Positions 10,323 through 19,511 are shown, numbered from the stretch's first letter. The stretch: 38,866 nucleotides of DNA from a virus (IMGVR_UViG_3300005805_000205:1-38866); one strand, 5' to 3'. Notes: a model not told the origin generated them from the sequence alone. Made by a program: numbers and translations.

Positions 10323-11318
10323 ATGAAAGTATTAATAACAGGAGTCGCTGGTCTATTAGGATCAAGGCTCGCAGATTGGATTATAGATAATAAACCAGAA
10401 GTAGAAGTAGTTGGTATAGACGATTTATCAGGCGGATATTTAGAGAATGTAAACCCAAAGGTTAACTTTTGGCAGATGAATTTAGTAGACCATCCAATTG
10501 AGAATTGTTTTGAAAACCATAAATTCGATTATGTATTTCATTTCGCTGCTTATGCCGCAGAAGGTTTGAGTCCATTCATTAGACAATACAACTACGACAA
10601 TAATTTAGTGGCAACAGCAAGAGTGGTAAACAATTGCATTAAATACGATGTAAAGAGATTAGTCTTCACTTCTACTTTAGCTGTATACGGTCATGGTTAT
10701 GGCGGTATATTTGACGAAGCTCAAGTACCAAAACCAATAGATCCATATGGAGTTGCTAAGTACGCGTGCGAGATGGATATTCAAATAGCAGGTGAACAAC
10801 ACGGTTTAGATTGGTGTATCATTAGACCTCACAACGTATATGGTCGTAAGCAAAATATATGGGACAAATATCGTAACGTGCTAGGTATTTGGATGTATCA
10901 ACACATGAATGCAGAACCAATGACAATCTTCGGAGATGGTACACAAACAAGAGCATTCAGTTGTATCGATGATATCGTAGAGCCATTATGGAATGCGGCC
11001 GTAGAACCAAGAGCATCTAAAGAGATTATCAATTTAGGAGGAGTTGAAGAGTGGAGTATTAACGATGCAAACAAAGTATTGAGAGATATAATCAAATACG
11101 GAGCTGAGTATCAATACAAAGAAGGAAGACACGAAGTAAAGCATTCAATTCCTACATATCAAAAATCAGAAGACATTCTTGGTTTTAAACATAAGACAAC
11201 TTTACAAGAAGGTTTATACGACATGTGGTTGTGGGCTCAACGTCAACCAAATAGAGAGAGATTCGTTTGGCCTTCATATGAATTAGACAAAGGCATTTAT
11301 TCATTCTGGAAAAAGTAA
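10323..11318 (+). CDS. NAD-dependent nucleotide-sugar epimerase/dehydratase
   Basis: VLITGVAGLLG, IDDLSGG, HFAA, PYGVAK (YxxxK) and GDGTQTRAF motifs. Confidence 0.92.
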   Translation: MKVLITGVAGLLGSRLADWIIDNKPEVEVVGIDDLSGGYLENVNPKVNFWQMNLVDHPIENCFENHKFDYVFHFAAYAAEGLSPFIRQYNYDNNLVATARVVNNCIKYDVKRLVFTSTLAVYGHGYGGIFDEAQVPKPIDPYGVAKYACEMDIQIAGEQHGLDWCIIRPHNVYGRKQNIWDKYRNVLGIWMYQHMNAEPMTIFGDGTQTRAFSCIDDIVEPLWNAAVEPRASKEIINLGGVEEWSINDANKVLRDIIKYGAEYQYKEGRHEVKHSIPTYQKSEDILGFKHKTTLQEGLYDMWLWAQRQPNRERFVWPSYELDKGIYSFWKK

Positions 11319-11319
11319 T

Positions 11320-12213
11320 ATGATATACACACAGTTCATGTATGGTCAAGGTTTCGGTAACCAACTTGCAGTCTACGTAACTACTAGAGCGATAGCTAAA
11401 CGTAATGGGTATGAGTTCGGTTATACTGGTTTAGAAAACTTTGGCGATAGAAGATACAACGATAAAGGTGTGTATTTTATGGACATAGATTTGGGTATAC
11501 AAGTACCTGAACATGAGTTCAACATGTACACAGAAAAAGAAACAAGAATAAAACTAAACCACTCAGAACATGATCGCACTCATGGTTGTGATATAAGATT
11601 AATAGATCAAGATTTATTGAATGTAGCTGACGATACTAGAATCATGGGTATCATGCAAGGTGAAGACTATTTTTGGAATTATAGACAAGAGATTAAAGAT
11701 TGGTTAAAAGTAAAACCAGAATTTGATTGCACAGATTTTAGAAGCGATGATATATGCATATTGAATATTAGAGACTACGAAGCAGATCCTACACTATTCT
11801 TATCGAGAGATTATTGGGTTAGAGCAATCTATCACATGCTTAGTTTAAATCCTAATATGCAGTTCTTAATCATAACAGAGAATCCTGATATGGCAAAGAG
11901 ATTGTTGCCTGAATTAGCAGACAACGTGTATCACTTTGATTTAGCAAAAGACTATTCTATCGTTAAAAATGCAAAATGGTTGATCATATCTAATTCAAGC
12001 TTTGCTTATTTCCCAGCATTTTGTAGTGATGCTCATTTGATTATAGCGCCAAAGTATTGGGCTAGACACAATGTATCTAATGGCTACTGGTCTTGTGGTT
12101 ATAATATATCTCGTAAGTTTACATACATGGATAGACAAGGCCAACTACAATCTTATACAGACGTGATGAGAGAATTTGAATTATATAAAAAAGAAAGCAA
12201 GATATATGGCTAG
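11320..12213 (+). CDS. Divergent GT11-like glycosyltransferase
   Basis: GQGFGNQL, G.MQ.E.YF, SNSSF and APKYW motifs retained; HxRRGD is replaced by NIRDY. Confidence 0.75.
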   Translation: MIYTQFMYGQGFGNQLAVYVTTRAIAKRNGYEFGYTGLENFGDRRYNDKGVYFMDIDLGIQVPEHEFNMYTEKETRIKLNHSEHDRTHGCDIRLIDQDLLNVADDTRIMGIMQGEDYFWNYRQEIKDWLKVKPEFDCTDFRSDDICILNIRDYEADPTLFLSRDYWVRAIYHMLSLNPNMQFLIITENPDMAKRLLPELADNVYHFDLAKDYSIVKNAKWLIISNSSFAYFPAFCSDAHLIIAPKYWARHNVSNGYWSCGYNISRKFTYMDRQGQLQSYTDVMREFELYKKESKIYG

Positions 12214-13069
12214 AGTATTTGATGTGTTTACATTCTTTAATGAATTAGATCTATTAGAACTAAGATTAGAAATGCTAGATCCATACGTAGATCAATTCGT
12301 ATTGATAGAATGCGTAGAGACTTTTTCAGGTAAACAAAAGCCATTATACTTTCAAGATAATAAAGAAAGGTTTTCAAAGTACTTACACAAGATATACCAC
12401 CATGTAACTTATGATCCACCAAAATCATTTGAAGATTTACAGCAACGCATATTAGATCCTATTACACATAGAGACGCTAAAGAGGTTTGCATTCAAGCCT
12501 TAACCACTTCTAATGTGCCTAAAGGTGAATTACATTGGCTAAAAGAATTCTATCAAAAAGAAGTAATAAGATTTGCAATAGAAGACGCAAACGCAGAAGA
12601 CAATGATTTAATATTCGTTACGGACTTAGATGAGATATGGAATCCAGAACTAGACTATACACAAATAGAAAATGACAAGATTTATAAGTTAAGACAGCTA
12701 GCATATTCAGGGCATATCAACGTTAGATCTTCAGAAGATTGGGCAGGCACATTGTTAACTAGATATAGAAATATAGATGGAGCATGTTTGAATCATCTTA
12801 GAACTCCATCTAAAACTAAGTACGAATACATAGACAATGGAGGTTGGCACTTTACATTTATGGGTGGACCAGATCAAATCAAGCTTAAGTTAGAATCTTA
12901 CGGTCACCAAGAATACAATAATGATTCTGTTAAAAACAGAGTTAAAGATTTATTAGATAATAATCAAGACGTTTTAGGTAGAACTCATTTCAATTTTTGG
13001 ATTGATGAATCACAATTACCTAAATATCTTTTAGATAACAGAAAAAAATACAAACAGTTTTTTAAATGA
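12206..13069 (+). CDS. Glycosyltransferase family 17 (GnT-III-like)
   Basis: D.F.FFNELDLLELRL, TFSG..KPL.F, DLDEI, GGWHF.F and KL.SY.H motifs. Start placed at ATG 12206. Confidence 0.88.
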   Translation: MARVFDVFTFFNELDLLELRLEMLDPYVDQFVLIECVETFSGKQKPLYFQDNKERFSKYLHKIYHHVTYDPPKSFEDLQQRILDPITHRDAKEVCIQALTTSNVPKGELHWLKEFYQKEVIRFAIEDANAEDNDLIFVTDLDEIWNPELDYTQIENDKIYKLRQLAYSGHINVRSSEDWAGTLLTRYRNIDGACLNHLRTPSKTKYEYIDNGGWHFTFMGGPDQIKLKLESYGHQEYNNDSVKNRVKDLLDNNQDVLGRTHFNFWIDESQLPKYLLDNRKKYKQFFK

Positions 13070-14202
13070 TAACATTCTGCATACCAAGTAAAAACAATTT
13101 AAGATACTTAAAACCATGTATCAAGTCCATACAAGATAACTCGTACTATCCGAATGAGATCCTTGTGTACGTAGATCAAGACAATGATGGTACAGTAGAG
13201 TGGTTAGAAACACAAGAGGTTAAATTTATTAAGAACGCTAGTACAGAACCAAGAGGAATAGGTCACGCTTACGACACTATGTTTAAAGAAGCAGATAGAG
13301 AATACGTAATAGCATTTCACGCAGATATGATTCTTGGTCCTCATGCAGATAAACACATGATGGATATCAAAACAAAAGATAACATTGTTTGTGCTACACG
13401 CATAGAACCACCACTGCATCCAGCTGGAATAGAGAAGATAGTACATGATTTTGGTATGTGGCCAGAAGATTTAAAGATCGAAGAGTTTAATCGGTTCGTA
13501 GAAGAAAATAAAAGCGATAAGATAACCAAAAGTATTTTTGCTCCATGGTTAATTAGAAAAGATCAACACTTAGGACACGATCCCGTATTCAGATCTGTAT
13601 TTGAAGATGCAGACTTGTTTAGAAGATTCAAATTATATGGATACGATTTAATACAATCGTGGTCTGCAATGGTATATCACTTAACTTGTAGAGGCGGACA
13701 ATTTGCACACGCAGAAAAGATGGAAGACTTTCAAAAGAAAGATGAAGCGTGGCAAATAAATAACTCCATATCTATGAACGAATACATTAGAAAGTGGGGA
13801 GGATTTTTAAAGCAGACCGATACATTAGAACCAATACCTAATATTAAATACAATATTGGTTTGAAAATTTTAAATTGTTTTGATAGTAAAATTCTTGGAA
13901 TAGAACCATTCTTTGATCAAATACAGTGCGAAGCCGATTATAGTAATTACGTTAAAGGTGCAAGTGCTTTGACTTCTTTTGATTTAGATTCTAAGTTTGT
14001 GCAAGAGCTAACTACAGATATGATACTAGAAGCAGACTATAAAGATATTCTTAATAATCAAGAACTTTTTAATTATATTCTACATAATCTACCTGAATTA
14101 ATTACTAACGAAGTTGAAGAACCTGGAGAATACGAGTTACAAGTATTCAAATTAATTGTAAGAGAGAAAAAAGAAAGTCAACCTAAATTAAAATTATGTT
14201 AA
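13066..14202 (+). CDS. Glycosyltransferase family 2 (paralog 1)
   Basis: FCIPSKNN, DGTVEWL, HADM, TRIEPPLHP, EDAD and YHLTCRG motifs. Confidence 0.85.
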   Translation: MITFCIPSKNNLRYLKPCIKSIQDNSYYPNEILVYVDQDNDGTVEWLETQEVKFIKNASTEPRGIGHAYDTMFKEADREYVIAFHADMILGPHADKHMMDIKTKDNIVCATRIEPPLHPAGIEKIVHDFGMWPEDLKIEEFNRFVEENKSDKITKSIFAPWLIRKDQHLGHDPVFRSVFEDADLFRRFKLYGYDLIQSWSAMVYHLTCRGGQFAHAEKMEDFQKKDEAWQINNSISMNEYIRKWGGFLKQTDTLEPIPNIKYNIGLKILNCFDSKILGIEPFFDQIQCEADYSNYVKGASALTSFDLDSKFVQELTTDMILEADYKDILNNQELFNYILHNLPELITNEVEEPGEYELQVFKLIVREKKESQPKLKLC

Positions 14203-15371
14203 CACAAGATCAAGTTACATTAGTTATACCATCAAGTAATAATCTAAGGCACCTAAAGAATGTATATCAGAGTATAAAAACACATGCGAAACATTGCAAG
14301 ATTGTTATGTTAGACGATGGATCTACGGATGGTACCACAGAATGGTTAACTAGTTTAAGCGATAATAATATCACCGCAATATACAGATCTTCAGAAAGAG
14401 TGGGTCATACTGTACTATACGATAAAGGAATTGATTTAGCACAAACAGAAGTAGTTGGTATCATGCACGCAGATATGATATTAGGACCTTACTACTTAGA
14501 AAATATGCTTAAGCACTTGCAAAAAGAAACTGTAGTGTGTGCAACAAGAGTAGAACCACCACTGCATCCAGCAGGCAAAGAGAAGATCATTAGAGATTTT
14601 GGTACTGACTTCGACAACTTAAATTTAAACGCATTTGAGGCGTACGTATTAGAGGCTCAACACGAGTACAAAGATTTAACCACTAATGGAATGTTTGCAC
14701 CGTGGATTATATACAAAGAAGACTTCGTTGCGATGGGAGGTCATGACAAATTATTTGCACCTTTCCCTTATGAAGATTCAGACATATTTCAAAGATGGTT
14801 GCTACACGGATATGAACTAATCCAGTCAAGAGATGCATTCGTATACCACTTAACTTGTAGAGGACACAGATGGACTGAACAGATTGGTAAAGACGATGAC
14901 TACTTTAAGAACGCTTCGGCAAAAGCAGCAAGAAACTACATTAGAAAATGGGGTAGTTGGATAGAGAACGACGAATATCAGAGACCAATACTAAAACCGA
15001 GGTACGATATAGGAATAGTTGTGGAGAATTGCGATGCGAACCTATTGTTATCATTAGAGCCCTGGTTCAATAACATATACGTAGATCAGTCCATAATTGC
15101 TGACTATATAGAATATGAGCAACCTAAGACAGACCTAATCCTTGAAGCTAGGGTGCGTCCAATAGACGAACCAAAGCAGAACGATATACTTATCTACTTT
15201 GATGCAAAAGACAACGTAGATTTAAACATTGTTCCCAATATACAGGTTATTATTAGAGAGTCGGTTGATGACGTAGGCACTTATGAATACAATGGACTGA
15301 AGATAGATGTATTGCAAATGGTAGACCACACAGACAAAATGATGGGCACATTCATCAAGAACGTATTCTAA
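14196..15371 (+). CDS. Glycosyltransferase family 2 (paralog 2)
   Basis: LDDGSTDGT, HADM, TRVEPPLHP, EDSD and YHLTCRG motifs; clear paralog of the upstream gene. Confidence 0.87.
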   Translation: MLTQDQVTLVIPSSNNLRHLKNVYQSIKTHAKHCKIVMLDDGSTDGTTEWLTSLSDNNITAIYRSSERVGHTVLYDKGIDLAQTEVVGIMHADMILGPYYLENMLKHLQKETVVCATRVEPPLHPAGKEKIIRDFGTDFDNLNLNAFEAYVLEAQHEYKDLTTNGMFAPWIIYKEDFVAMGGHDKLFAPFPYEDSDIFQRWLLHGYELIQSRDAFVYHLTCRGHRWTEQIGKDDDYFKNASAKAARNYIRKWGSWIENDEYQRPILKPRYDIGIVVENCDANLLLSLEPWFNNIYVDQSIIADYIEYEQPKTDLILEARVRPIDEPKQNDILIYFDAKDNVDLNIVPNIQVIIRESVDDVGTYEYNGLKIDVLQMVDHTDKMMGTFIKNVF

Positions 15372-15379
15372 ATATTTAT
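15372..15379 (+). promoter_or_regulatory. Putative phage late promoter ATATTTAT
   Basis: Intergenic octamer 14 nt before ATG 15394; the same motif sits in four other intergenic gaps. Confidence 0.55.
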
Positions 15380-15393
15380 AAAATAAAAGAACG

Positions 15394-15720
15394 ATGGCCC
15401 TTTCACAGCAACCTAGATACCCAGTAAGTTTAACAATAGATGGCAAAAAGATGCCATTCACTATACAATTTGATGTAAACGATAACCCAACCAAAATGGG
15501 TTTGAAGATGCAATTCATCTTGACTGATGAGCCTCAAGATCCAAGAGATAAGCAGGAGTTGGCAAATAAGATATCTGTTGCCTTACAAAAAAGATTGGGA
15601 GATGCTGGAATTACAGTAGCTTACGATGATAGGAACGCTTACAAGAATGTGATAGGCTTCACTATCCCTTTGACCTCAGTATCAGATATGATAATGAAGG
15701 CATTTAAAGGCGGAGAATAA
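15394..15720 (+). CDS. Hypothetical protein (putative late gene)
   Basis: 108-aa ORF directly downstream of ATATTTAT. Confidence 0.7.
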   Translation: MALSQQPRYPVSLTIDGKKMPFTIQFDVNDNPTKMGLKMQFILTDEPQDPRDKQELANKISVALQKRLGDAGITVAYDDRNAYKNVIGFTIPLTSVSDMIMKAFKGGE

Positions 15721-15736
15721 AAGAACCATAATCGTT

Positions 15737-16078
15737 ATGAAAAACAATAGACCTCCTCGTGCAGTCTTTGAAAACGTAGAGACACTAAAAGCACACGACA
15801 TACAAAGCTCAGAGATATTAAAGACTCTGATTAAGAACGAAGTCCCTAAATCTATAGAATACGCTATAGACAATAAGAAGACTTTTGCTTCTATATTCGA
15901 AATTAACGATTCAAATTGCTACATAGAATTACACAAGAACCAATGGATTCAAGCTCTAGAAACATGTATTATATTTTTCATAGAAGAAGAGGATTACGAA
16001 TCCTGTAACAAGATTACCAAACTAATAGAAAAGATAAAGAAGAAGCCGAAGAAGGTAGTCGCTAAACAAAAACTATAA
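15737..16078 (+). CDS. Hypothetical protein with C-terminal UVR-like hairpin
   Basis: EEEDYESCNKITKLIEKI resembles the UvrB/C (UVR) motif; CGTTATG start. Confidence 0.6.
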   Translation: MKNNRPPRAVFENVETLKAHDIQSSEILKTLIKNEVPKSIEYAIDNKKTFASIFEINDSNCYIELHKNQWIQALETCIIFFIEEEDYESCNKITKLIEKIKKKPKKVVAKQKL

Positions 16079-16080
16079 CA

Positions 16081-16488
16081 ATGGCAGAAGATTTCAAAGA
16101 GATACAGATAGCTGTAGACGGAATACTAAACGTTAAGTCCTACGTTAGAAGAAAGAAGAGAACAGAGTTGGACAAAAAGAAGGAGATGTTTGTACAGATG
16201 ATGAATTCGATGGAAGAGATAACGATAAGACAAGCTTTGATGTACGCAGATATGGATGTCGATATGTTTAAGTACGACGAGAAGTTTTTATCCATCATAG
16301 ATCTAATGTATTACTTATATTTTGGAGAAGCTTGTTCAGATATCATAGCATTTTATCTTTACGATAGGCGAAATCCCGATGGTACATTAAACGCATTAGT
16401 AGATCAATCAGGTCAAGAAATAATATTGGAGAGCGCTTACGATTTATGGAATTTAATGGTTAGCATTAATCCAAAAATACAAGAGTAA
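16081..16488 (+). CDS. Hypothetical protein
   Basis: 135-aa ORF, tightly packed with neighbours. Confidence 0.7.
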   Translation: MAEDFKEIQIAVDGILNVKSYVRRKKRTELDKKKEMFVQMMNSMEEITIRQALMYADMDVDMFKYDEKFLSIIDLMYYLYFGEACSDIIAFYLYDRRNPDGTLNALVDQSGQEIILESAYDLWNLMVSINPKIQE

Positions 16489-17168
16489 TGGAAGAGAATA
16501 AAGAAAAACCAAACTTCGCATATCAAGGTTTACAAATTACAGAAGATCAGATATGGGAAGCAATGAAGAATACTCGCAGCAATCACGAAGCAGCACGATG
16601 GATGCAGATCACTTACATTACATACAAGAAATATGCGAGTAAGTACATAGATAGAGACACGGGCAAGACGTTGTTTGAATTGCACATGAATCAATCAGCT
16701 AAAGGAATACCTAAGAATTTTCAAGGTAGTAATTTTAAACGAGACTTGGATGAAATGCTTACAGAGAAACAAGTATCAAATCCTCAGAGAGTTGCTAAGC
16801 TTAAAGATCTACTAATGAAAGATGGTAGATTAGGATATTGTTGTGCTGAGTGTGACTTTAAAGAGAGGCGCATACTTGATATGAAAGTTCCTTTGCTTAT
16901 TAATTTTATAAATGGTAACAAATCTGATTGGAGAATAGAGAATTTGAGATGGTTATGTTACAACTGTAGTTTCTTATTTGCAGTAGATCCATTCAGCGAT
17001 CGCATCACTCGTAATATAGAATCAAAATACATACACGACGAAGAAGTATTAGAAGAGAACAATATGAAGTTCTACGACTTAGATCCTTTTTATTTAGAAC
17101 ACTTACAGAGAATAGGCTACGACGATAAAGGTAACCTAAACGTAGACGATATCATAGACTACAAATAA
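16488..17168 (+). CDS. HTH plus degenerate HNH-like Zn-finger protein
   Basis: N-terminal 'SNHEAARWMQITYITYKKYA' is HTH-like. CAEC...INGNKSDWRIENLRWLCYNC is an HNH scaffold lacking the catalytic His/Asn/His. Confidence 0.65.
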   Translation: MEENKEKPNFAYQGLQITEDQIWEAMKNTRSNHEAARWMQITYITYKKYASKYIDRDTGKTLFELHMNQSAKGIPKNFQGSNFKRDLDEMLTEKQVSNPQRVAKLKDLLMKDGRLGYCCAECDFKERRILDMKVPLLINFINGNKSDWRIENLRWLCYNCSFLFAVDPFSDRITRNIESKYIHDEEVLEENNMKFYDLDPFYLEHLQRIGYDDKGNLNVDDIIDYK

Positions 17169-17172
17169 CCGT

Positions 17173-17380
17173 TTCCAACGCGTTATATATCAATAAAATC
17201 ATAATGTGCAACTGATTGGTTTTCAGCCGGATACAACTGGTTGGTTATCAATTAGTTGCACTTTTTTGTGATATTATTAAAAAACATATACATAACTGAT
17301 TGGTTATCTATCGAGAAGTTTCTAAAATAGTTAGCCTAAAATGATCCAGATAGCCAGAATTGTGTAATTTTACTTATAAT
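17173..17380 (+). promoter_or_regulatory. Promoter island A: IHF-like box cluster plus conserved promoter module
   Basis: Boxes at 17173-17185(-), 17209-17221, 17234-17246, 17246-17258(-) and 17293-17305; TAAAATAGTT at 17323; TAATTTTAC at 17365-17373. Confidence 0.7.
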
Positions 17381-17395
17381 CAATCAATAAAAGTT

Positions 17396-17689
17396 ATGAA
17401 TATCAGAATTTACGTTAAAAATGCACTTACAAAAGAAGTAGAAATCGATAACGTTATCAGTGTTATTAACGAAGATATCGAAATAATTCGTGCCAACCAT
17501 CAGGTATTTGTAGAGGCATATCCTGACTGTCACGTTAATTTTGAGTGGGAAGCTGCTAACCCTTTACACGGTAAGAATTTTATAGCAGGTATGCCATTAA
17601 ATATGGAGCGTGATCAAGAACGCGTAGCTAAAGGTGAAATGACTTGGCAAGAAGAGATGAATAAGTGGTATGGTATTAATCTAAACTAA
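17396..17689 (+). CDS. Hypothetical early protein
   Basis: AATAAAAGTTATG start (17396) just after promoter island A. Confidence 0.7.
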   Translation: MNIRIYVKNALTKEVEIDNVISVINEDIEIIRANHQVFVEAYPDCHVNFEWEAANPLHGKNFIAGMPLNMERDQERVAKGEMTWQEEMNKWYGINLN

Positions 17690-17694
17690 ATTAT

Positions 17695-17796
17695 ATGTTA
17701 TCATTAATTGTATTCCTATCAATTGTGTATATCGGTCACACATTAAATTTAACCGACACAGACATTAAATTCACAGACATTAAAACAAAAAAATAA
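17695..17796 (+). CDS. Small membrane peptide (33 aa, MLSLIVFLSIVYIGHTLNLTDTDIKFTDIKTKK)
   Basis: Fills the intergenic gap exactly; hydrophobic N-terminus; too short for the supplied ORF track. Confidence 0.45.
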   Translation: MLSLIVFLSIVYIGHTLNLTDTDIKFTDIKTKK

Positions 17797-17799
17797 GTT

Positions 17800-18996
17800 A
17801 TGATAAAGAAAACAAACAAATCATTGGACGGTACTTCATTTCATGGTAATACAATTTCTGCTACGTTAGCAGATCTAATGAATGTATTAGGTGCACCAGA
17901 CTGTACAGGTGATCAAGACGATAAAGTACAAAACGAGTGGGAATTAGAATTAGAAGACGGTACAGTATTTAGCGTGTACGATTGGAAAGAGTATCGTCGT
18001 TATTCTGATACTCAAACAATCGAGTGGCATATAGGTGCTCACAATAGTATGACAGCGTATAAAGCAAGCGAAGCTTTACAAGAAGTATTAGCTGAAGGTG
18101 TTAACATTAACGAGCAAACTAAAACTAACAATATGAGTAGCAAACCAAATCTATTTCAATCTGTAAAGTCGTTTATTAATTCTAAAAACGTAGGTGAGAC
18201 ATTCACTACTAAAGAATTTCACGAAGCAATGAAAGGTATAGAATTCGTAACAGGTTGGAAAAAGTATAGCGGTGGTGAATTTTATCGTAGTAATACGTAT
18301 CGTACATACTTAAGACATTTAGGCTTCGTATCAAATCTTGAGCGCGGATTGTGGAAAGTAATGTGTCATGTTCCAGCTTGGTTAGATAGCGGTCATGTTA
18401 ATTCTTACTTAGGTTATAGATACGAAACTGAACGTATTACTTGGACATACGACGTTAAAAGCGGAGTAGAAACAAATACTCCTAATAGCGAATGGAAAAT
18501 TGTACACACACCATATAAAGGTATGACTAGAGAAGAAATTATGGCTAAGATCGATGCTTACATACTTCATAATGGTATTGTTAAGATGGTTGAAGTACCA
18601 AAACAAGAAGTAGATCATTTAGCAGAATATCAAAAGCAATCTAAAGCCATGGCTAAAGATTTAGCTATGAATATTATTGGTGATGGTAAATCTCCTAACG
18701 TATGGTTCGTTACTCAGTCTGCGTACTACATGAAATACCAAGATGGTTACGGCGAATCTTTCTTATTGCAAGGCTATGATGAATCTTATAGCGTAATGCA
18801 CGGACCATTCTTTACTTACAAAGATGCGTGTGCTATGTACGACGAAATAGACTTAGAACCATACGATGGAATTGGTACTGTAACTATCGAAGATCGTCAG
18901 ATCGGTGTAGTTAAAGAAAAGTTTTTAGAAGAGAAAATAACTGTAGACTACAATTATAACGAAGTTGACGATTCTAAATTTTATAACAATAAATAA
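17800..18996 (+). CDS. Multidomain hypothetical protein (apparent fusion of small phage genes)
   Basis: N-terminal 'TSFHG...VYDWKE...EWHIGA' module; internal in-frame A-rich ATG at 18133. Confidence 0.7.
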   Translation: MIKKTNKSLDGTSFHGNTISATLADLMNVLGAPDCTGDQDDKVQNEWELELEDGTVFSVYDWKEYRRYSDTQTIEWHIGAHNSMTAYKASEALQEVLAEGVNINEQTKTNNMSSKPNLFQSVKSFINSKNVGETFTTKEFHEAMKGIEFVTGWKKYSGGEFYRSNTYRTYLRHLGFVSNLERGLWKVMCHVPAWLDSGHVNSYLGYRYETERITWTYDVKSGVETNTPNSEWKIVHTPYKGMTREEIMAKIDAYILHNGIVKMVEVPKQEVDHLAEYQKQSKAMAKDLAMNIIGDGKSPNVWFVTQSAYYMKYQDGYGESFLLQGYDESYSVMHGPFFTYKDACAMYDEIDLEPYDGIGTVTIEDRQIGVVKEKFLEEKITVDYNYNEVDDSKFYNNK

Positions 18997-19003
18997 TTTA
19001 AGC

Positions 19004-19204
19004 ATGTTACACGAATACACTAAAGCTGAACTAAACAGCATGGAAACTATCGAGCAAGCATGGGACGGTGATGAGTTAAAGATCAAAACCGATACTCACA
19101 GAATTTGGTTAGTGCTACAAGAGAATCGACCATATAACGGTGACTACGTAGTAGAAACAAATGTTGATGGCAGATGGGAACAGGCATCATATTACTTTAA
19201 TTAA
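19004..19204 (+). CDS. Hypothetical protein
   Basis: ATG 19004 just after the upstream stop; acidic, 66 aa. Confidence 0.65.
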   Translation: MLHEYTKAELNSMETIEQAWDGDELKIKTDTHRIWLVLQENRPYNGDYVVETNVDGRWEQASYYFN

Positions 19205-19217
19205 TAAAAAAATAAAC

Positions 19218-19493
19218 ATGACACAGTCACAATTAAATAAATTGACTTTATTAGAATTATCAAAGTTAAATAGAATGGTAGTAGATACTATCAAAGCAAA
19301 GAAGAAAGCCGATTCAAAAGAAAAGCGTAAAGCATTCAGTATCGGTGATAAGGTAGTAGTAGAACATAGAAAGACAAGCGGTAAAGTATTCATCATAAAG
19401 GATATTAGATTAACTAAAGCGACCGTACACGAAGTAGACGGATTTGGTAGATATGATGTGCCTTTGACAATGATAGGACCATACTGCTATTAA
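19218..19493 (+). CDS. Hypothetical protein with SH3/KOW-like C-terminal barrel
   Basis: A-rich leader before ATG 19218; FSIGDKVVV...GKVFIIKDI pattern. Confidence 0.6.
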   Translation: MTQSQLNKLTLLELSKLNRMVVDTIKAKKKADSKEKRKAFSIGDKVVVEHRKTSGKVFIIKDIRLTKATVHEVDGFGRYDVPLTMIGPYCY

Positions 19494-19511
19494 TAACTAA
19501 AAACAAAAAAT

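Noticed and set aside
13380-14870. Near-identical DNA blocks in two genes as a DGR template/variable repeat pair
   Set aside because: Both copies are in-frame conserved motifs of GT2 paralogs, the differences are not adenine-specific, and no reverse transcriptase is in view.
1-15371. Glycan island as a bacterial O-antigen or capsule locus
   Set aside because: No wzx, wzy, wzz or ABC exporter is in view, small phage-type ORFs sit inside it, and it runs directly into phage-like genes. The region upstream of the window is unseen, so this is not fully excluded.
17200-17310. CAACTGATTGGTT repeats as a CRISPR array
   Set aside because: The repeats are only 13 bp, occur in both orientations with irregular spacing, and no cas gene is present.
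17736-17784. Three short CA(CA/GA)CATTAAA repeats as an operator array
   Set aside because: They lie inside a small ORF (TDIK repeat) and I did not see them elsewhere; local slippage is the simpler explanation.
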